64,000 nt of DNA from Octopus sinensis. Taxonomy: Eukaryota. Below the pieces are notes generated by a model. That model worked only from the letters and a program-made list of their open reading frames with translations. It did not search any database and had not been told where the DNA came from. Positions 40,730 to 54,645 of this stretch are shown one piece after another; the first letter of the stretch is position 1; every line of letters begins with the position of its first letter. The DNA lies in the NCBI RefSeq assembly GCF_006345805.1, contig NC_042998.1, positions 41,974,001 to 42,038,000 of the forward strand, given 5' to 3'. A program made the position numbers and the translations under genes.

Positions 40730-41800
40730 TCATCATTTAACATCTATTTTTCATACTGGCCTGGGGTGGACAGTTTAGCAAGATTCAACAAAACAGGAAA
40801 CTGCATCGCGTTCCAATATCTACTTTGTATGGTTCCTATGGCTGGATGCTCTACCTAATACCATCTGCTTTTTTTCATGGCAGCAGCACCAGTGAAGTTG
40901 CCATGTAACTTACAAAACTAAGATTCTTCTTAACTGATAAGGGCTACAACAGAGAAGAAGGTGGCTTTGGTTGAGAGGTTAAAGTATGAAAGAAGGAGCT
41001 GGAACAGGTTTCAGGCTGTTCAGGAGATACATAACTACCCCACATTATATAAGAGTGAGTGGAGGTAATCTGAGTTGAACTGGAAAGAGAGATAAAGATG
41101 GGGGCAGACCTCAAGATGCAAGAAGAGGAAAAGAGAGAAAGGGGCAGAAGAACGTGAAAAGTGGGTGGTAGAAGTTACAAGAGTGTATGGGAAGAGTGAG
41201 AGATGGTTAGAAATGGGAGTGAATGGTGAACAAGAGTAGAAGGGTGGTTAATGAGTTGGTGGAAAGACAGGGGAGAGTAAATGATGACTGACACTATAGG
41301 TGGAAGTGATAAGTAATGGAATAGTAATAAAACTGTAGACAAAGAAAGGATGATAATGAAAGAAAGAAATGTGATGGGTGGGTAGGTTATAAGAATGTGT
41401 ATGAGAGATGATAGGAGTGTAGAGTGAGCCAACAGGAAGTGTTTTAGGGGAGAGGAAAGAGGTAAGTTAGAAGCACAGAAATGTGATTAATGTAAAATGT
41501 GAGTGGAGAAGGACAATGTTAAGAATGAAGGATGGATATCAAAGGAAGTGGTTCTGAGTAGTGGGAGAGATAACTGATAGCAGAAAAAAGGGAGGTGAAA
41601 TATCAAGTTCTGTTATCATTTAACAACAGCAGCAAAATACTGCAGTAGTTAGGCAAGTAACCGAAGTATCATTGATAGAGAAATGAGGTGGTAGTGAGCA
41701 AAGCATAACATGGGTAAATTGGGTGAGGGGGCCCTGTTGTATGTATATACATTATGCTTCCAGAACCCTGATTTCATTATGATGGGGAAATTGAGGTTCT
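40730..41800 (-). mobile_element. RTE-type 3' UTR and tail, 5'-truncated
   Basis: Begins catcatcatttaacatc; colinear with 27000-28230, including gtat.tatacat...cttccagaa at its far end. Confidence 0.65.
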
Positions 41801-43529
41801 TGAAGCTTAAGTTTGAACACTATATACCACCAACCCAATCATCTCAGTTCCATGAAACTCAAAATTATATATGAGTGTATGTATGTATACCTGTGTGTGT
41901 GTGCATTGAGTGTGCATGAATAATGACATTCCACACTTGTCATTGGTCGACTGAAGTAGTGATGTTGTTGACATTCCTTGTTGACATTATGACTGGTTGC
42001 TCTGTGCTTTCAAAGACCTTTGGCATAAAAAAATCCTTACTTGAAAACTTGTAAGGGATGGCTACAGAAAGAACATCCAGCCATAAAATCCTCCTTCAAC
42101 CAACTTTCTGTCTAAACCCATGCTAGCATGGGTTAATGGATGTTAAACAAAGTAGCATATGCAAAATTTCTTAGGAAAGACATTATGAAATATGTGTCCA
42201 AATAATGTGTATCCAAACAAAACCTGCAGACTTTTAAATGGAAAGATCTCGTTGTTTAACCTTTTAGCATTTAAGCTGGCTATATCTGGCCTTGTTTTAT
42301 GTTCCAAATGGTTAGATCCAGCTTCACACACCTACCCTACAATGTCATTATAAATATAAGCAATCACATCATTGAAATCTGGATAGTTATGAGACAATGC
42401 ATGATTAATTTAAACCAATATGAACAAATAAGCATTACTTTTGATAAAGTGATCTGAATACTAAATGGTTAAAGTTAATTTTATATTTTGTGTGTTTTTT
42501 TTTCTTCTTATTTTTCACAATGTTTAAATTGGTTCCAGCTTTGATTGTTTTCAGGTACCCTATTTCTATTGACTGGCTTTATATTTATTCTTAAAACCTT
42601 TTCATCTCAAGCAAGTTTCAGTCTTCTTAACCATTATGCTATTATTCTGTTGGCCAATTATTAGCTTGTAAAACAAAAAACACGAACAAAAAGAATGAGG
42701 TCTTAGTAATAAATATGTAAGCTATGATGTCAGTTTATGGAGAGAATGGAATAAATTCTTATACTTTTAAATACCATTCGGAGCATGATAACTCCAGTGC
42801 AAATGTGAAATATATTTCAGCAATAGAAAAGATAGTACAATTAAAGATAACAATATTTGTATATAATAAAATAATGTGGTGTGTGTGTGCATGCATAAAA
42901 GTGTGTGTGTGTGTGTGAGAGAGAGAAAAAGAAAGAGAGAGAGAGAATGTCTTTATCAGAATACCAACCAGCACAGAAGCTGTAGGTAAAGGACAAGCTC
43001 TGGAGAAAATATAATAATGGCTCTTTTTGTAATATTTAAGGGTCTCCAGAGAGCTGTTGAGGAAAAAACACATCAAAAAGTAAACAGTCTGATTGGCTGA
43101 AAATGATCACAAAATATGTTATTTGTTTACAGGATTACTATACTCATCCAAACAAAGTCATCAGCAAGTGTACCCTTGCTGGTGAACTGAAAATGAAGTA
43201 TAAATTTTCATTATTGGAGGCAATTTTAATGCTATAATGAATGTATGTATATTTGTCTATGAGTGTGTATCTGTGTGAAAGTGAGAAACATGGACTTAAA
43301 GTATGAATAGGTGAAATGGCTAGAGTAAAGGTTGCACTATAAGCTTATTAGTTCAGAAAAATAAACAAAATTATTACAGCATAAACACATTACAGAAATT
43401 TTAACAGAAAGGTCTAATCTCCAGCTTGGATCCAAAAATATAATGTTTAAAACTGTTTCTACTGAACTTGGTGAGTAAAATCTTAAAAGCTTTGCGTAAA
43501 TGAAATTTACAAATTTACATCTGGGATCA

Positions 43530-43824
43530 TGAAGGCATATGGCCTAGTGGTTAGAGCAGTGGAATCATGATTGAGGGATCATGGGTTCGAATCTTAGACC
43601 AGGCGATGTGTGTTTATGAGCGAAACACCTAAGTTCCATGCGGCTCCAGCAGAAGGTAACGGCAAACTTCTGCTGACTCTTTTGCCACAACTTTCTCTCA
43701 CTCTTTCCTCCTGCATCTTGCAGCTCACCTGCGACGGACCGGCGTCCTGTCCAGGTGGGGAACCTATACGCCAAGGAAACTGGCCATTATGAGCCAGGCA
43801 TGGATTGAGAAGGAACAAACTAAA
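43530..43824 (+). mobile_element. Young tRNA-derived SINE with a 13-bp TSD and a body distinct from family A
   Basis: A box tggcctagtggttaga and B box ggttcgaatct; TSD acatctgggatca at 43517-43529 and 43825-43837; CpG-rich body ctcacctgcgacggaccggcgtcctgtccagg. Confidence 0.9.
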
Positions 43825-44309
43825 ACATCTGGGATCACAGTTAACATCATTACTTCATCATCATCAACATCATCGTCACTTTAATGTCCACTTTTCCATG
43901 TTGATATGGTTTGGTTGGAATTTGTCAAAGCAGATTTTCTACTGTTGGATGACCTTCCTGTCACCAACTATGATCTGTTTCCAAACAAGGTAATATTTCC
44001 GTGGTTAGACATAATTTTCATGGAAGATTGGAAAACGAATGACACTACTACTTATGCAATGGCGACACTCATTTACGACTGTTACTTGACAATCAAAGCA
44101 GGTGAAAACACAAATACTACCCCCAAGCACACACTCATACACAAATGAGCACATACACACAGGCACACACATGTTCATACACAGCACACACACACACACA
44201 CACACGCGCACACAGAGTAAAATACCAAAAACACACCATTAGAAGAAACCAGTCTTGGCATTTTACTCAGAGAAATTTGGTATCTGCCTGGATATTATAT
44301 CCCTCCTCT

Positions 44310-44343
<34 letters not shown>

Positions 44344-44579
44344 CTTGTTTCAGCCATTTGACTGCAGCCATACTGGAGCACTGCCTTAAAGGGTACTAGT
44401 CAAAGAAATCAACCCCAGGACTTATTCTTTCTAAGCCTAGTACTCATTCCATTCTATTGGTCTTTTTTCCCAAACTGCTAAGTTACAGGGACATAAACAC
44501 ACCAGCATCAGTTGTCAAGCAATGGTGGTGGGGGGACAAACACAAACACACACACACAAATATATATAGGGTGTGTGTA

Positions 44580-44659
<80 letters not shown>

Positions 44660-44665
<6 letters not shown>

Positions 44666-45490
44666 CAGAATGAGATAACAAAGCCAAGGGTGTGAGAAGT
44701 TTTCAGGACATTTATAATGAAATAGTCTTACAGCTGTTTCTGGAATATTATGGATATCCCTTCATCAGAGGACAGTCCTAAAATATTTGAGTTTGAATTA
44801 TTGTGGAAATGGAGGAGATAGAGAATATAGAGGGAAATAAGGGAATGAAAGTAGAAATAGGATATATAAAGATATTGTAGTTGCAGTTCTATTATTTGAG
44901 GAAAACAATGTATAGAAATGGTAAAAATGTTTCCTGTATATGGTGTGTAAGTTCCAATAACAGTTCATGTTTAGTCATTTCAAAGTATGGAGCCATGGAA
45001 GCAGTGTTGCTCATTCGAAAAGGTTTTGTGGTGTGAATGAAAATTTGAGAATGTATTGCTAGTATTTGTAGATACATGGGGGGTGGGGGTGGAGAGATGT
45101 GTATGATTAGAAAGAGGGGATAGGTCAAATTTAAACCAGGAAGAGAAAATGAGAGGAAGAAAAAGAGAAAAAAGAAAAAAGGGAGAGAGAAAAAAACAAA
45201 AAGTGAAAAGAGTGAAAAAAATGTGATGAAAGGGTGAAAGAAGTGAGAAAAAGAGTGTTAGTTGGTGGTCATGATAATGTGATGAGAGAATGGGAGAGGT
45301 GTGGGGAATGGATAGGAGGAGATTAGAAGGTAAGGAGTAAAAGAATGTGAGATATGTGAGTAGGGGTGATATGACAGAGCTGCATTAAGGGATGGATAGA
45401 GAAAAGGTATGGGTGAGGTGATACTGAAGTGAGTAGTAGTTTTGGTAGTAAAATTTGAAGTGGAGTGAAGAATATAAGGATGTCAAATTA
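44660..45490 (-). mobile_element. Penelope-like element (PLE) 3' remnant
   Basis: Contains a hammerhead motif. Upstream on the - strand, a frameshifted LQILAI.../QNLFE*ATLLPWLHTLK*LN resembles the GIY-YIG C-terminal pattern (R..E..I..L.TL.P.GLN). The protein similarity is judged by eye and is weak. Confidence 0.5.
44723..44776 (-). ncRNA. Type I minimal hammerhead ribozyme, canonical core, probably partly decayed
   Basis: The - strand reads ACUGUCCU CUGAUGA A GGGAUAU-CCAUA-AUAUUCC A GAAAC AGCU GUA|AGACUA. It has the full CUGAUGA/GAAA/UH core, a 7-bp stem II and a palindromic stem III (ACAGCUGU). The 10.1-11.1 position is an A.A mismatch and stem I needs a bulge. Confidence 0.7.
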
Positions 45491-46932
45491 CTATAAACGA
45501 TGGACTTCTTTCTGTTTCCATCTACCAAATCTAATGACAAAGCTTTGGTCGGCCTGAGGCTATAGTAGAAAACACCTGCCCAAGGTACCACACAGTGAGA
45601 CTGAACCTAGAACCATGTGGTTGGGAAGCAAGCTTCTAATCACACAGCCATGCCTATATACATACATTTTTGGGGAGATTCTGTGGCATACATATACAAT
45701 GAACTTCTTTCAATTTCCATCAACCAAATACACTTATAAGGCCTATAGCAGAATACACTTGCCCAAGGTGCTGTGCTGTAAAACGGAACCCAAACCCACA
45801 TGCACCATACAGCCATACGTGTGCCATGATAGAAATCATTCTAGGCATGACCTCAGTCTTAACGGTTTCTAAGATAACATCATCATCTCATCTGTCTTTC
45901 CTTATTTAAAATAGTAAGATGTGATTTCAAGATGATTTGGTTTCTATTTCCAGCTGGTCAAGCAATATTTCAGATGAGTCAACAAAAGCGTTTCAGCTTA
46001 ATGAACACATTCTCTTGTAGGCTCATCTGAAATATTAGTTTAATATTTGGATACACTGATTAGATGGGGATAGGTGGGAGGGTTTAATAATAATAACCTG
46101 CATTGTAGAGGGGAAAAAAATGAACTTCTTTGGTTTCTCTTGCTTTTCACAGATGTTATAAATGTTTAAAAGTAACAGGATTCACAGACTGATTCATATG
46201 AAATAGTAAAACAGTTCAGTCTAGAAATAATCTTGTCATAAATTTAGAAATAGTAGCACGAAAAAGTATGCTGGGGTTAGAATGTTCATCACCACCATTA
46301 CTGCCACCACCACCACCATACCACAACCACCATCATACCACAACCACCATCATGTCCCCCTCCCCCATTTTTACTTTTGTTTCTCTTTACCTGTGCATAT
46401 CACGTTACTTTGGCACCAAACCAGTTAAACAAATAACTGATATAAGATGGTGCAGTTCTCTGCTGCACATTATTGGTACAGTAACATTGCAAGAATTTGT
46501 GTAATTTGGGTGAAGGCTATAATAGCTGGTTATACTGTTTTGGGGTGACTTTTTAATGTTTTTTTTAATTTCTATTTAACACTACACTATTAAGAACCAA
46601 ACAACTTAAGAAAGAATTAAGAAACAGGGAATATAGAGAAAACTATGATCCCCATTTAGTGTCTCAAAAATCCAAAAGATATACTTTTGACGAATAAATC
46701 ATGTATGCTATTGTTGAGAAGCTAAGTCTACTCTGTGGTTATGAAATTTGCTTTCCTACCACAGGTTCTACTATAGCCTTGTGAATGTCTTTGGTAGATG
46801 GAAACTGTAAGAAGCCTGTCATGTGTGTGTATGTGTGTAGAATAAGACACTCTAGAAAAGTAATTGTGCTTCATGCCAATTTGCTTGAAAAAAATTAGGT
46901 TTGAAGACTTAAAGGCGCTACAGAAATGGTAA

Positions 46933-47163
46933 TAGGTGGTGAGCTGGCAGAAACGTTAGCACGCCGGGCAAAATGCTTAGCGGTATTTTGTCTGCCGTTA
47001 CGTTGTGTTCAAATTCCACCGAGGTCGACTTTGCCTTTCATTCTTTTGGGGTCGATAAATTAAGTACCGGTTATGCATTGGGGTCGATGTAATCGACTTA
47101 ATCTCTTTGTCTGTTCTTGTTTGTCCCCTCTATGTTTAGCCCCTTGTGGGCAATAAAGAAATA
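46933..47163 (+). mobile_element. Young tRNA-derived SINE (family B) with an 11-bp TSD
   Basis: A box tggcagaaacgttag and B box gttcaaattcc; TSD agaaatggtaa at 46922-46932 and 47164-47174; CpGs retained. Confidence 0.9.
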
Positions 47164-50100
47164 AGAAATGGTAAAAGTATATGTCTGTTAATGATTTATT
47201 TGAAAATTCATTTTTAAGGACAGGTATACTCAACAAACAATCTTAAACATGATGATAGCATGGAAAATATAAAAAAATGTTCTGTGAAATTAGAATGTAT
47301 TTGCTAAAGAATACTTTGTTTGATTTTTCTCAACCAAATTATAATCTTTATATTTAAATTTTTTAATACTTTCTCTTTATTGAAACAGAAAAAAATCTAA
47401 CTACTCCATTTGTATCTAACCACACTGTCTCATACACAGACACAGATACACATACACACATCCACACATGCACACACACAGGCACACATACACACACACA
47501 CAGGCACACATACACACACACACAGGCACACATACACACACACACACATGCGCACGCACATGCACACATCGTGTGACTGAGGATATATATATATATATAT
47601 GGATTTCCTACACACCAAAGGAGTATAATTATATAAGTTACATTTACATGCAGCCTATTTCACTTATTTTTTATCTTTTATTTTTTATCTTTTATTTGTT
47701 GCAGTCATTAAACTGCAGCCATGCTGGAGCAATGCCTTGAAGAATTTTAGTCAAACAAACCGACCTCAGTACTTGTTTTATTATTATTTTTTTTGTACAG
47801 CCTGGTGTTTATGTCCCTGTAATGACTAAGTTACAGGGACATAAACACACCAACACCAGTTGTCACGATAAAAAATAAGTGAAATAGGGTACTTTTTTTT
47901 ACCCTTGTTCTTATTCATTATCATCATTACCATAACCATTTTATGTCTACCTTTCATGATGGTATGGGTTAGACAAGCCATCATGGTTCTAGTCAGTCCT
48001 TATATAGAAGTGCTGTCCCACTGGACAGGCTGAAAAAAATCATGTCTCACTCATACATTTCGTTTTTTAGTTTATCCTATATCTTTGCTTGGTTGCCAAC
48101 TGTTTTACAGATTGTAGTGGGTGCATTTTATCACTGCATTGACAATAATAAAGTTGTCTTGAATATGTAAGGCATTTGCGGATGATTTATATTCACAAGG
48201 TGTATGTCTTCTATTATAATCAATGTAAATAAGTAAATATCAGTGAAGTAATAGTTTTTTACTGGTTGGAGAAATATTATTAATTATAGCATTGACTACT
48301 TCTTTTAGTGTAAATGGTACTGTACATCAACTAGCATAAACTATATCATTATATTGATGCAAATGCATCAGTAGAATCAATAGAAAATAAATATCAGCAT
48401 AGATTCTGATAAGCAAGATTCTTGTTAGTAAGAAATATAATTCTTAATTTACCTCAGCCTAACAAATTTTGTGTACCACTGAAAAGAAAACTGGTACCAG
48501 TATTTGTATGTTATGACAGAAACATATTATATTCGATTGTAATAATTTCAGCATATGAACATTAGTCAGTAGTATACAATAACTAATGTTGATAAAATTA
48601 CTTTTTATAAGTTTCTAGTTCATCAGTTGTCTATGACTCACATTGATAAATCAATGAAAGCTGTGTGGAAAAGAAAAATATCTGTATATTTTCAATATAA
48701 AGAGTGCTATTTGGGCAGCATAAGTATTAAATACTTGCTATTAGAATTAACTAGCAATGTCTGACTAGCAATTCTTTTTTATAAAGTATTGTAGGGAGTA
48801 TATTTACCTCATATCATATAAAATGTCCCGACTACATTTATTAGAGTGCATGTGATCAAGTGAATAGGCTAGAAGCTGAACAAATCAAGAGGTCTGTCAC
48901 TTGTATTGCAGTGTGTCTGTGATTAAAAGCACCTTATCAAATCGCTAAATCCACCTAGCTAGAAATAGTAACACAGGCTAGGGACAACTTGCTTCTGCAA
49001 ATAGCAAAAGTATTGCAAAGTTGACAAGTAGTCCATTAGCTTGCAGTATGGAGTTTAGTTCCTCCTGTGACTATAACTATGAGTGAGGTTGGTTCTATCA
49101 AGTTAATTTGTTCAAAGATGGAGTTGTAACAACTCGATATATTAAAAAAAAATCAAATGTGGAAAGCTGGCAAAATTGCTAACATACTGGGCAAAATACT
49201 TAATGATATTTCGTCCATCTTTATGTTCTGAGCTTATTTTCCACTGAGGTTGGCTTTGCCTTTCATCCTTTTGGAGTAGATAAAATAAGTACTAGTTGAG
49301 CACTGAGGTTGATGTAATTGACTTGCCCCTGCCCCTGAAATTGTTAGTCTTGTGCCAAAATTTGAAACCAATATATTAAAGAACTTGCTACCCATCTTTC
49401 CATTTACATTTCACAGTATAATTGCATGCTTTTTTTGTTGTTATTTTGTATTGTGTAAGATAAAATTTACCAAATGGATTGATGGAGTTTATGTCACTAA
49501 TTTCTGTAGTATTTGTATGTTATATGAAGTTTACTTGTTGTATGAGCCTCTAACTCACCTTCTTATAAAAGCTGTTATTACATTCATGGAAAGATTTGAA
49601 TTCAACTCTGCAAGTTAACGAAAAATTCATCCGTTTTGTAGTGTTCAGCTATGGCAGTTTACACCAGCAGATTGTATTAATATGTTGTATAATCTACTTA
49701 AATATTGGTGAACTGGGCTTCTGAGTGTTGAGTATATTGGCTATATACACAACAGAACACTGGTGACAGGACTAAAATCACTAACACTTCAGCTACTTAT
49801 TCAGTACATTATCGACTCAGCAGTATGTAGCCTCTTTTAATGCATTTATAGGTATCTAACTGTGTGGATCTAGGAATGGCAGAATGGTTAAGAAATTTGC
49901 TCTGCAACCATGAAGTCCCAGAATTGATTTCACATTGTAGCATCTTGGACAAGTGCATTTACTATATTCTTAGATTCATCCAAACCTTGTGGGTGAATTA
50001 GGATAGATGGAAACAGTAAAAACTCTATGGAAACCTATCTGCCTGTAATTCAAAGGTCTGGCTTTGTTAAACATGTGTCATACTAATTCTATCTGTGGAA

Positions 50101-53100
50101 TACTCAACCATTTTCCATTCTAGCTCCATGAGTAGGTTGTTCAGCTGATCAAACAACTGGATGCTCTAATGTTGAAATTGAGGGGTGGATCCACTAATCA
50201 TATTTGTTTAGTAAATAAGGACCCCTACTGAATCTTCCATGTTGAGGCTGTCTAATATAGGTACAACACTATAAACTTGAGGGAAGACTGCAGAGATTTA
50301 ATCAACCTCACTATTTCTCTAGTCTTTATTTTATTGACCCCAGAAGACTGAAAATCAACCTTGTGATTTAAACTCACACTGTATGTGGACATAACTTGAC
50401 ACTACAAAGTATTAGTCCATTATTCTACCAGATCCATAATCTAATACCATTTCTCTACTCAAAAATAATGGAAACTTACTTATGTATCTTATTTATTTCT
50501 AATCACTGTTGTTATAAAGCCATTGTCACAAAATACTGAAAATTAGGTGTTCTTGTTATAATAATCAAGGTGCAGATTGTCTTCTGGATCAGTAGCCAGC
50601 CTAATTTCAAGTTTTGCTCACGATAGATTTGAGCTCAACATTTTAAGTTTGCTAAAACCAGGTGTATGGTATTATTAAAACTCTAATCACGTGCTTAATC
50701 TTAAGATTCTTGTAGTGTTCTGGTAGAGTAAAATATTCTAACTTCCATGCAAAATATTCTAACTTCTATGCAATATCCTGATTTTTTGGAGTTGATAGAT
50801 TTTCTTATCTTGGAAAGTTGATCTTCTTTTCATCTGAAAACTAAAACTTTCTCTTTAAATATAAAATACCTATATCAAGTATATATTAATAATATAAAAT
50901 TCAATCAGTGAAAAGATTAACTTTGTACCCCACCACCCACCAGAAAGCATTTTATTGATCTTTTTGATAAGTAAAACAGGTCTAGATACTTATCTTTGAG
51001 TTATAAACCAAGAATTTAAGGGTACCAAGTATTGTACATAAGGTGGGGAACTAGTGAAAGAGGCCCATATTTAGAATGAGTGAATAGAACCAGTAAATAA
51101 TGAACATTCATAAATCATGTAAGGTATAGCAGAGGTTAGTGAATGAAAACTGTTTAAGAAAGTTAAGCTGGTATAAATGATTACGGATTAAGCAATGAGG
51201 GTAGTAAGTCAATCTAACTCCATCTCCACATATATTCCTGAACTTGATTTTAAAGCAAAATATATTCTTTCTCTAATATGATAAATATATTGTATTTATA
51301 TCTTTATTTATTATGATTTTGAAGGCATGTAGCCTAATGTTTGACTCATGAGCATAAATATTGTGAGTTCAATTCCTAGATCTGATAGCATGTTGTGTTG
51401 TTGAGCAAAGCACTTCATTTTATGAATCTCCTGTATGCTCAGCTGCAAATGGATACTAGGTGGGTGCTGATGCAATACCCTCTCTTCCTTCTACTGTCAC
51501 ATTCTGAATACCTGTGGGCGAGGGACTGTTTGTAACTATGTTGGTACCTAAAACAATTAGCAAAAGCATGGTACATATTAGCAAAAGCCACACCTGCTCA
51601 TGAGTGATGGTTGGCTGAACTATACTATACAGTTATGATTAACTTTCAGAAAATGCCTGAGCACAGCTGAAATATTTCAAGGTATAATTTCTTGAGTTTT
51701 TATATCTATTAACTTTCCATATTAAGTATAAAAAGTCAATAGTAAATACTAAAATATTTTGTATTTCTGATATAAAAGTTTAACTCCTCTTCTTACTCTT
51801 TTTCTTCCTCCTCCCCTTTCTCTCTTCATATTTACCAATTTTGCCTATGAGTCACACAATGAACTGACTGCTTCTTAGAAACCTCGTTATGGGTAAACAA
51901 GATGACTTCATTCAGTTGATGTAATCTTTATACGCCATATGCGTAGGATTTGAATTTGTATAAGCTGTTTTGTGTTCAATTTCCAATGAATGAATTGTCT
52001 TGGTTTTGTTTAGTAATCGATCCTGATGGAGTGCACTCCAGTCCTGCTAAAGTACACAATAGTTAGCCACATCTACTACCACCAGTACCACTGTTACTAC
52101 AAGTAATACTACTGTTGCTGCTGTTACAGATGGAAACTAACTTACTAAAGAAAATGTCCAGTCAATAACAAGGTCTTGGTTTCAAATGTCAATACTTCAT
52201 CCTGTTACCAATCACTTGTGGATATTGTAACACATATCACATATCCACCATAAAAGGGAAGAAAGCATTAGAACAAAAACAATAATAAAATCTCGTACAA
52301 AACTGCTTGGTACCATTATGATATTCCATGAAGTTCAAGTAGTTGTTATTGGGTATATGTTTTCAGAAACCCCTTCTATTGCTGCTGTTACTTATACTGT
52401 TGCAGCTGTTTCTGTTGTTGTTAGTATTGTTGTTGATCGGCTGCAATTGACTTTTGTGATACAGCCATACACTACTAGTTCATTGTTAACTATTCCAAAT
52501 TGGGAAAAATCAATAAAACTCTTATGACTATTACTACTACATGGGGAGTTCCGCAGTGTGAATACAGGAGTGTCTATACGGTCTTTAAAATGTAGCCTAT
52601 CTACCATCTCTAATTGCTCTAGACAGTCCAGTTTTTGAGTGTGGATGTGTGTGCATGGGTGCATGTATGTGTGCATGCGTGCATGTGTGTACACCACTCC
52701 TAATACTATCCCACTTCAGTATATAAATATATACATACAGATATAGTCACTGTTTTCTCAGAGTCATGGTACTTATGAGTCAAGTTTCTGGTTAAGGTTT
52801 TACTTTTGTGAACATTCTACTGAGTATGGTTATGTCAGAAAGTGAATACCCAAGTCAGCAGAATCTCTTGGATAATATGGCAGGGTCCCTGGTAAGTTAA
52901 TATTTTTATGTCTTATGTAACAACTATTCATCTGGTCAGCAGCAACAACAGTAGTAGCAGTGGCAGCAGCAGCAGCAGCCTACTAATGCTGCTTCTCAGC
53001 ATAAAACTTTTATTAATGTTTTTCCTTATGGTGGATAAACTATTGGTATTGAGATAATAACATTAATAACTGTTGCAGTTGCTCTTTTGGTAGATTAGTA

Positions 53101-53197
53101 GTAGTAGTAGTAGCAGCAGCAACAGTAGCAATGGTACTGGTAGTAGGTTGCTAGTGGTAATGATGTTTGTTACTGGTGCCAATAATAGTGTACTAAG

Positions 53198-53238
<41 letters not shown>

Positions 53239-54027
53239 GCATGAGAAAGAGAGAGAAAGTGTGTGGGAATGTTGTTTTGTGATTGGAGAAAATCGGACAG
53301 TTGTGGAAGAAAAGTTACTTTACAACAGAATGTATTTAACTATCTGTGTAAAATGTAAATAAGTATAGGATGTCCCAAAATGTACAGTAACTTTTTTGGC
53401 ATTGAACAGAGAAAAGAACAGACTGTTTCAGTTGTTCACAAACTATGTAGTTTAGTTCTGTGTTTCTTATGGTGGGACTAAGTGAGTTGAAAAGGGTAGA
53501 GTGCCCATTTTAATAAAGTTAACATTCTCTCCAACTTTTTAAACTTGTCAAACACCTTAGTGAAGGAAGAAGAATTACATGGATCTAAACTCTATTTTGT
53601 TTTCTTGTTAATAAATAGTGGGGAAGAGGTGCCAAAAGATTTCCTAATATTTTTTTAGGATGAACCTGGTATTTGTCAATTTGAGAACCACAGTTTTAAT
53701 TAAGGGTCCAAAAGACATGCTTTATACACTATTTAGATTGTAGTTACTTTCATGTATATGTGTGTATATGTGTTGTGTGTGTATGTATGTGTGTGTGTGT
53801 GTCTTTATAGATATATATATGTATACGATTTAGTTACATCTAAGTAGTTTTCAATAATTATGAGCGATGAATGTACCAGATCTTTGGGAACAGTTAGAAC
53901 TGGACAGAAACATTATAATTTTTAATATAAATTAATTACACTATCTTGATTTCTAATAGAGCTATTTAGTTTAAAATTCTCAGCTTGAGATGTATAAAAT
54001 TATTTCACTTTTCAAACTTTGTAAAAG

Positions 54028-54074
54028 TCATTAACATAATTTCATTTTACCTTATTGCTTTCAGGTGAGTGAGT
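54028..54074 (+). promoter_or_regulatory. Juxtaposed 3'/5' splice sites (recursive splice site or 4-nt microexon candidate)
   Basis: Branch-like ttaac (about 54031), polypyrimidine tttcattttaccttattgcttt, CAG (54062-64), then GTGAGT (54065) and a second GTGAGT (54069). Confidence 0.4.
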
Positions 54075-54563
54075 CTTCTCATTTTAAAATACCTAGATAA
54101 TGATTTCTTATATGAGCACAAGGCCCATACAATTATAGGGAATCATCTGAGTTGATTCCAGTACTTGCGTATTCCTTAATTTTATCAACCTCAAAAGGAC
54201 AAAACAAATAGAAACACTATAGTAGTATTTAATTTCAGAATGCAAAGGAATGTAATTTAAAAGTTGAAAAACTGTTGTGCTATACCTAAATATTTTTCTA
54301 CAGCTGTTACTCAAAAGTGATTACTACTTCGCTGCATGTATCATGTTTTCACCAATTGCCTTACATGATGTATGTAGTCACGAGTCGACATAAACACCCA
54401 CTTGGTTCTCCCATCATTAACCCCACAGAACACCTATAATATGATAACTAGAGAGAGAGAGGCCTTCACTTCATCATTCAACTGGTACCCATTTCACCTG
54501 AGTAGACTGAAGTGCCTTTCTAAGGATCTCAGTATGCTGCCTGGTCCTATATACATACATACA

Positions 54564-54595
<32 letters not shown>

Positions 54596-54613
54596 CACAC
54601 ACACATACATACA

Positions 54614-54645
<32 letters not shown>

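Larger units (their letters stand above)
44340..45655 (-). mobile_element. Family D SINE split into a 3' part (44340-44560) and a 5' part (45495-45655) by an insertion in its internal (TA)n
   Basis: The two halves are contiguous, separated only by a microsatellite, in intact copies at 19966-20256 and 59583-59895. Here about 830 bp of unrelated sequence lies between them. Confidence 0.7.

Noticed and set aside
46933-47030. tRNA gene candidates at SINE heads
   Set aside because: A and B boxes are present but there is no cloverleaf, and they continue into SINE bodies with TSDs.
48605-48630. - strand CUGAUGA-ACUA-GAAAC
   Set aside because: No stem I, II or III pairing.
52200-52697. Protein-like ORF 52392-52697(-)
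   Set aside because: The start codon lies in a (CA/TG) microsatellite, stops follow, and I found no consistent splice signals.
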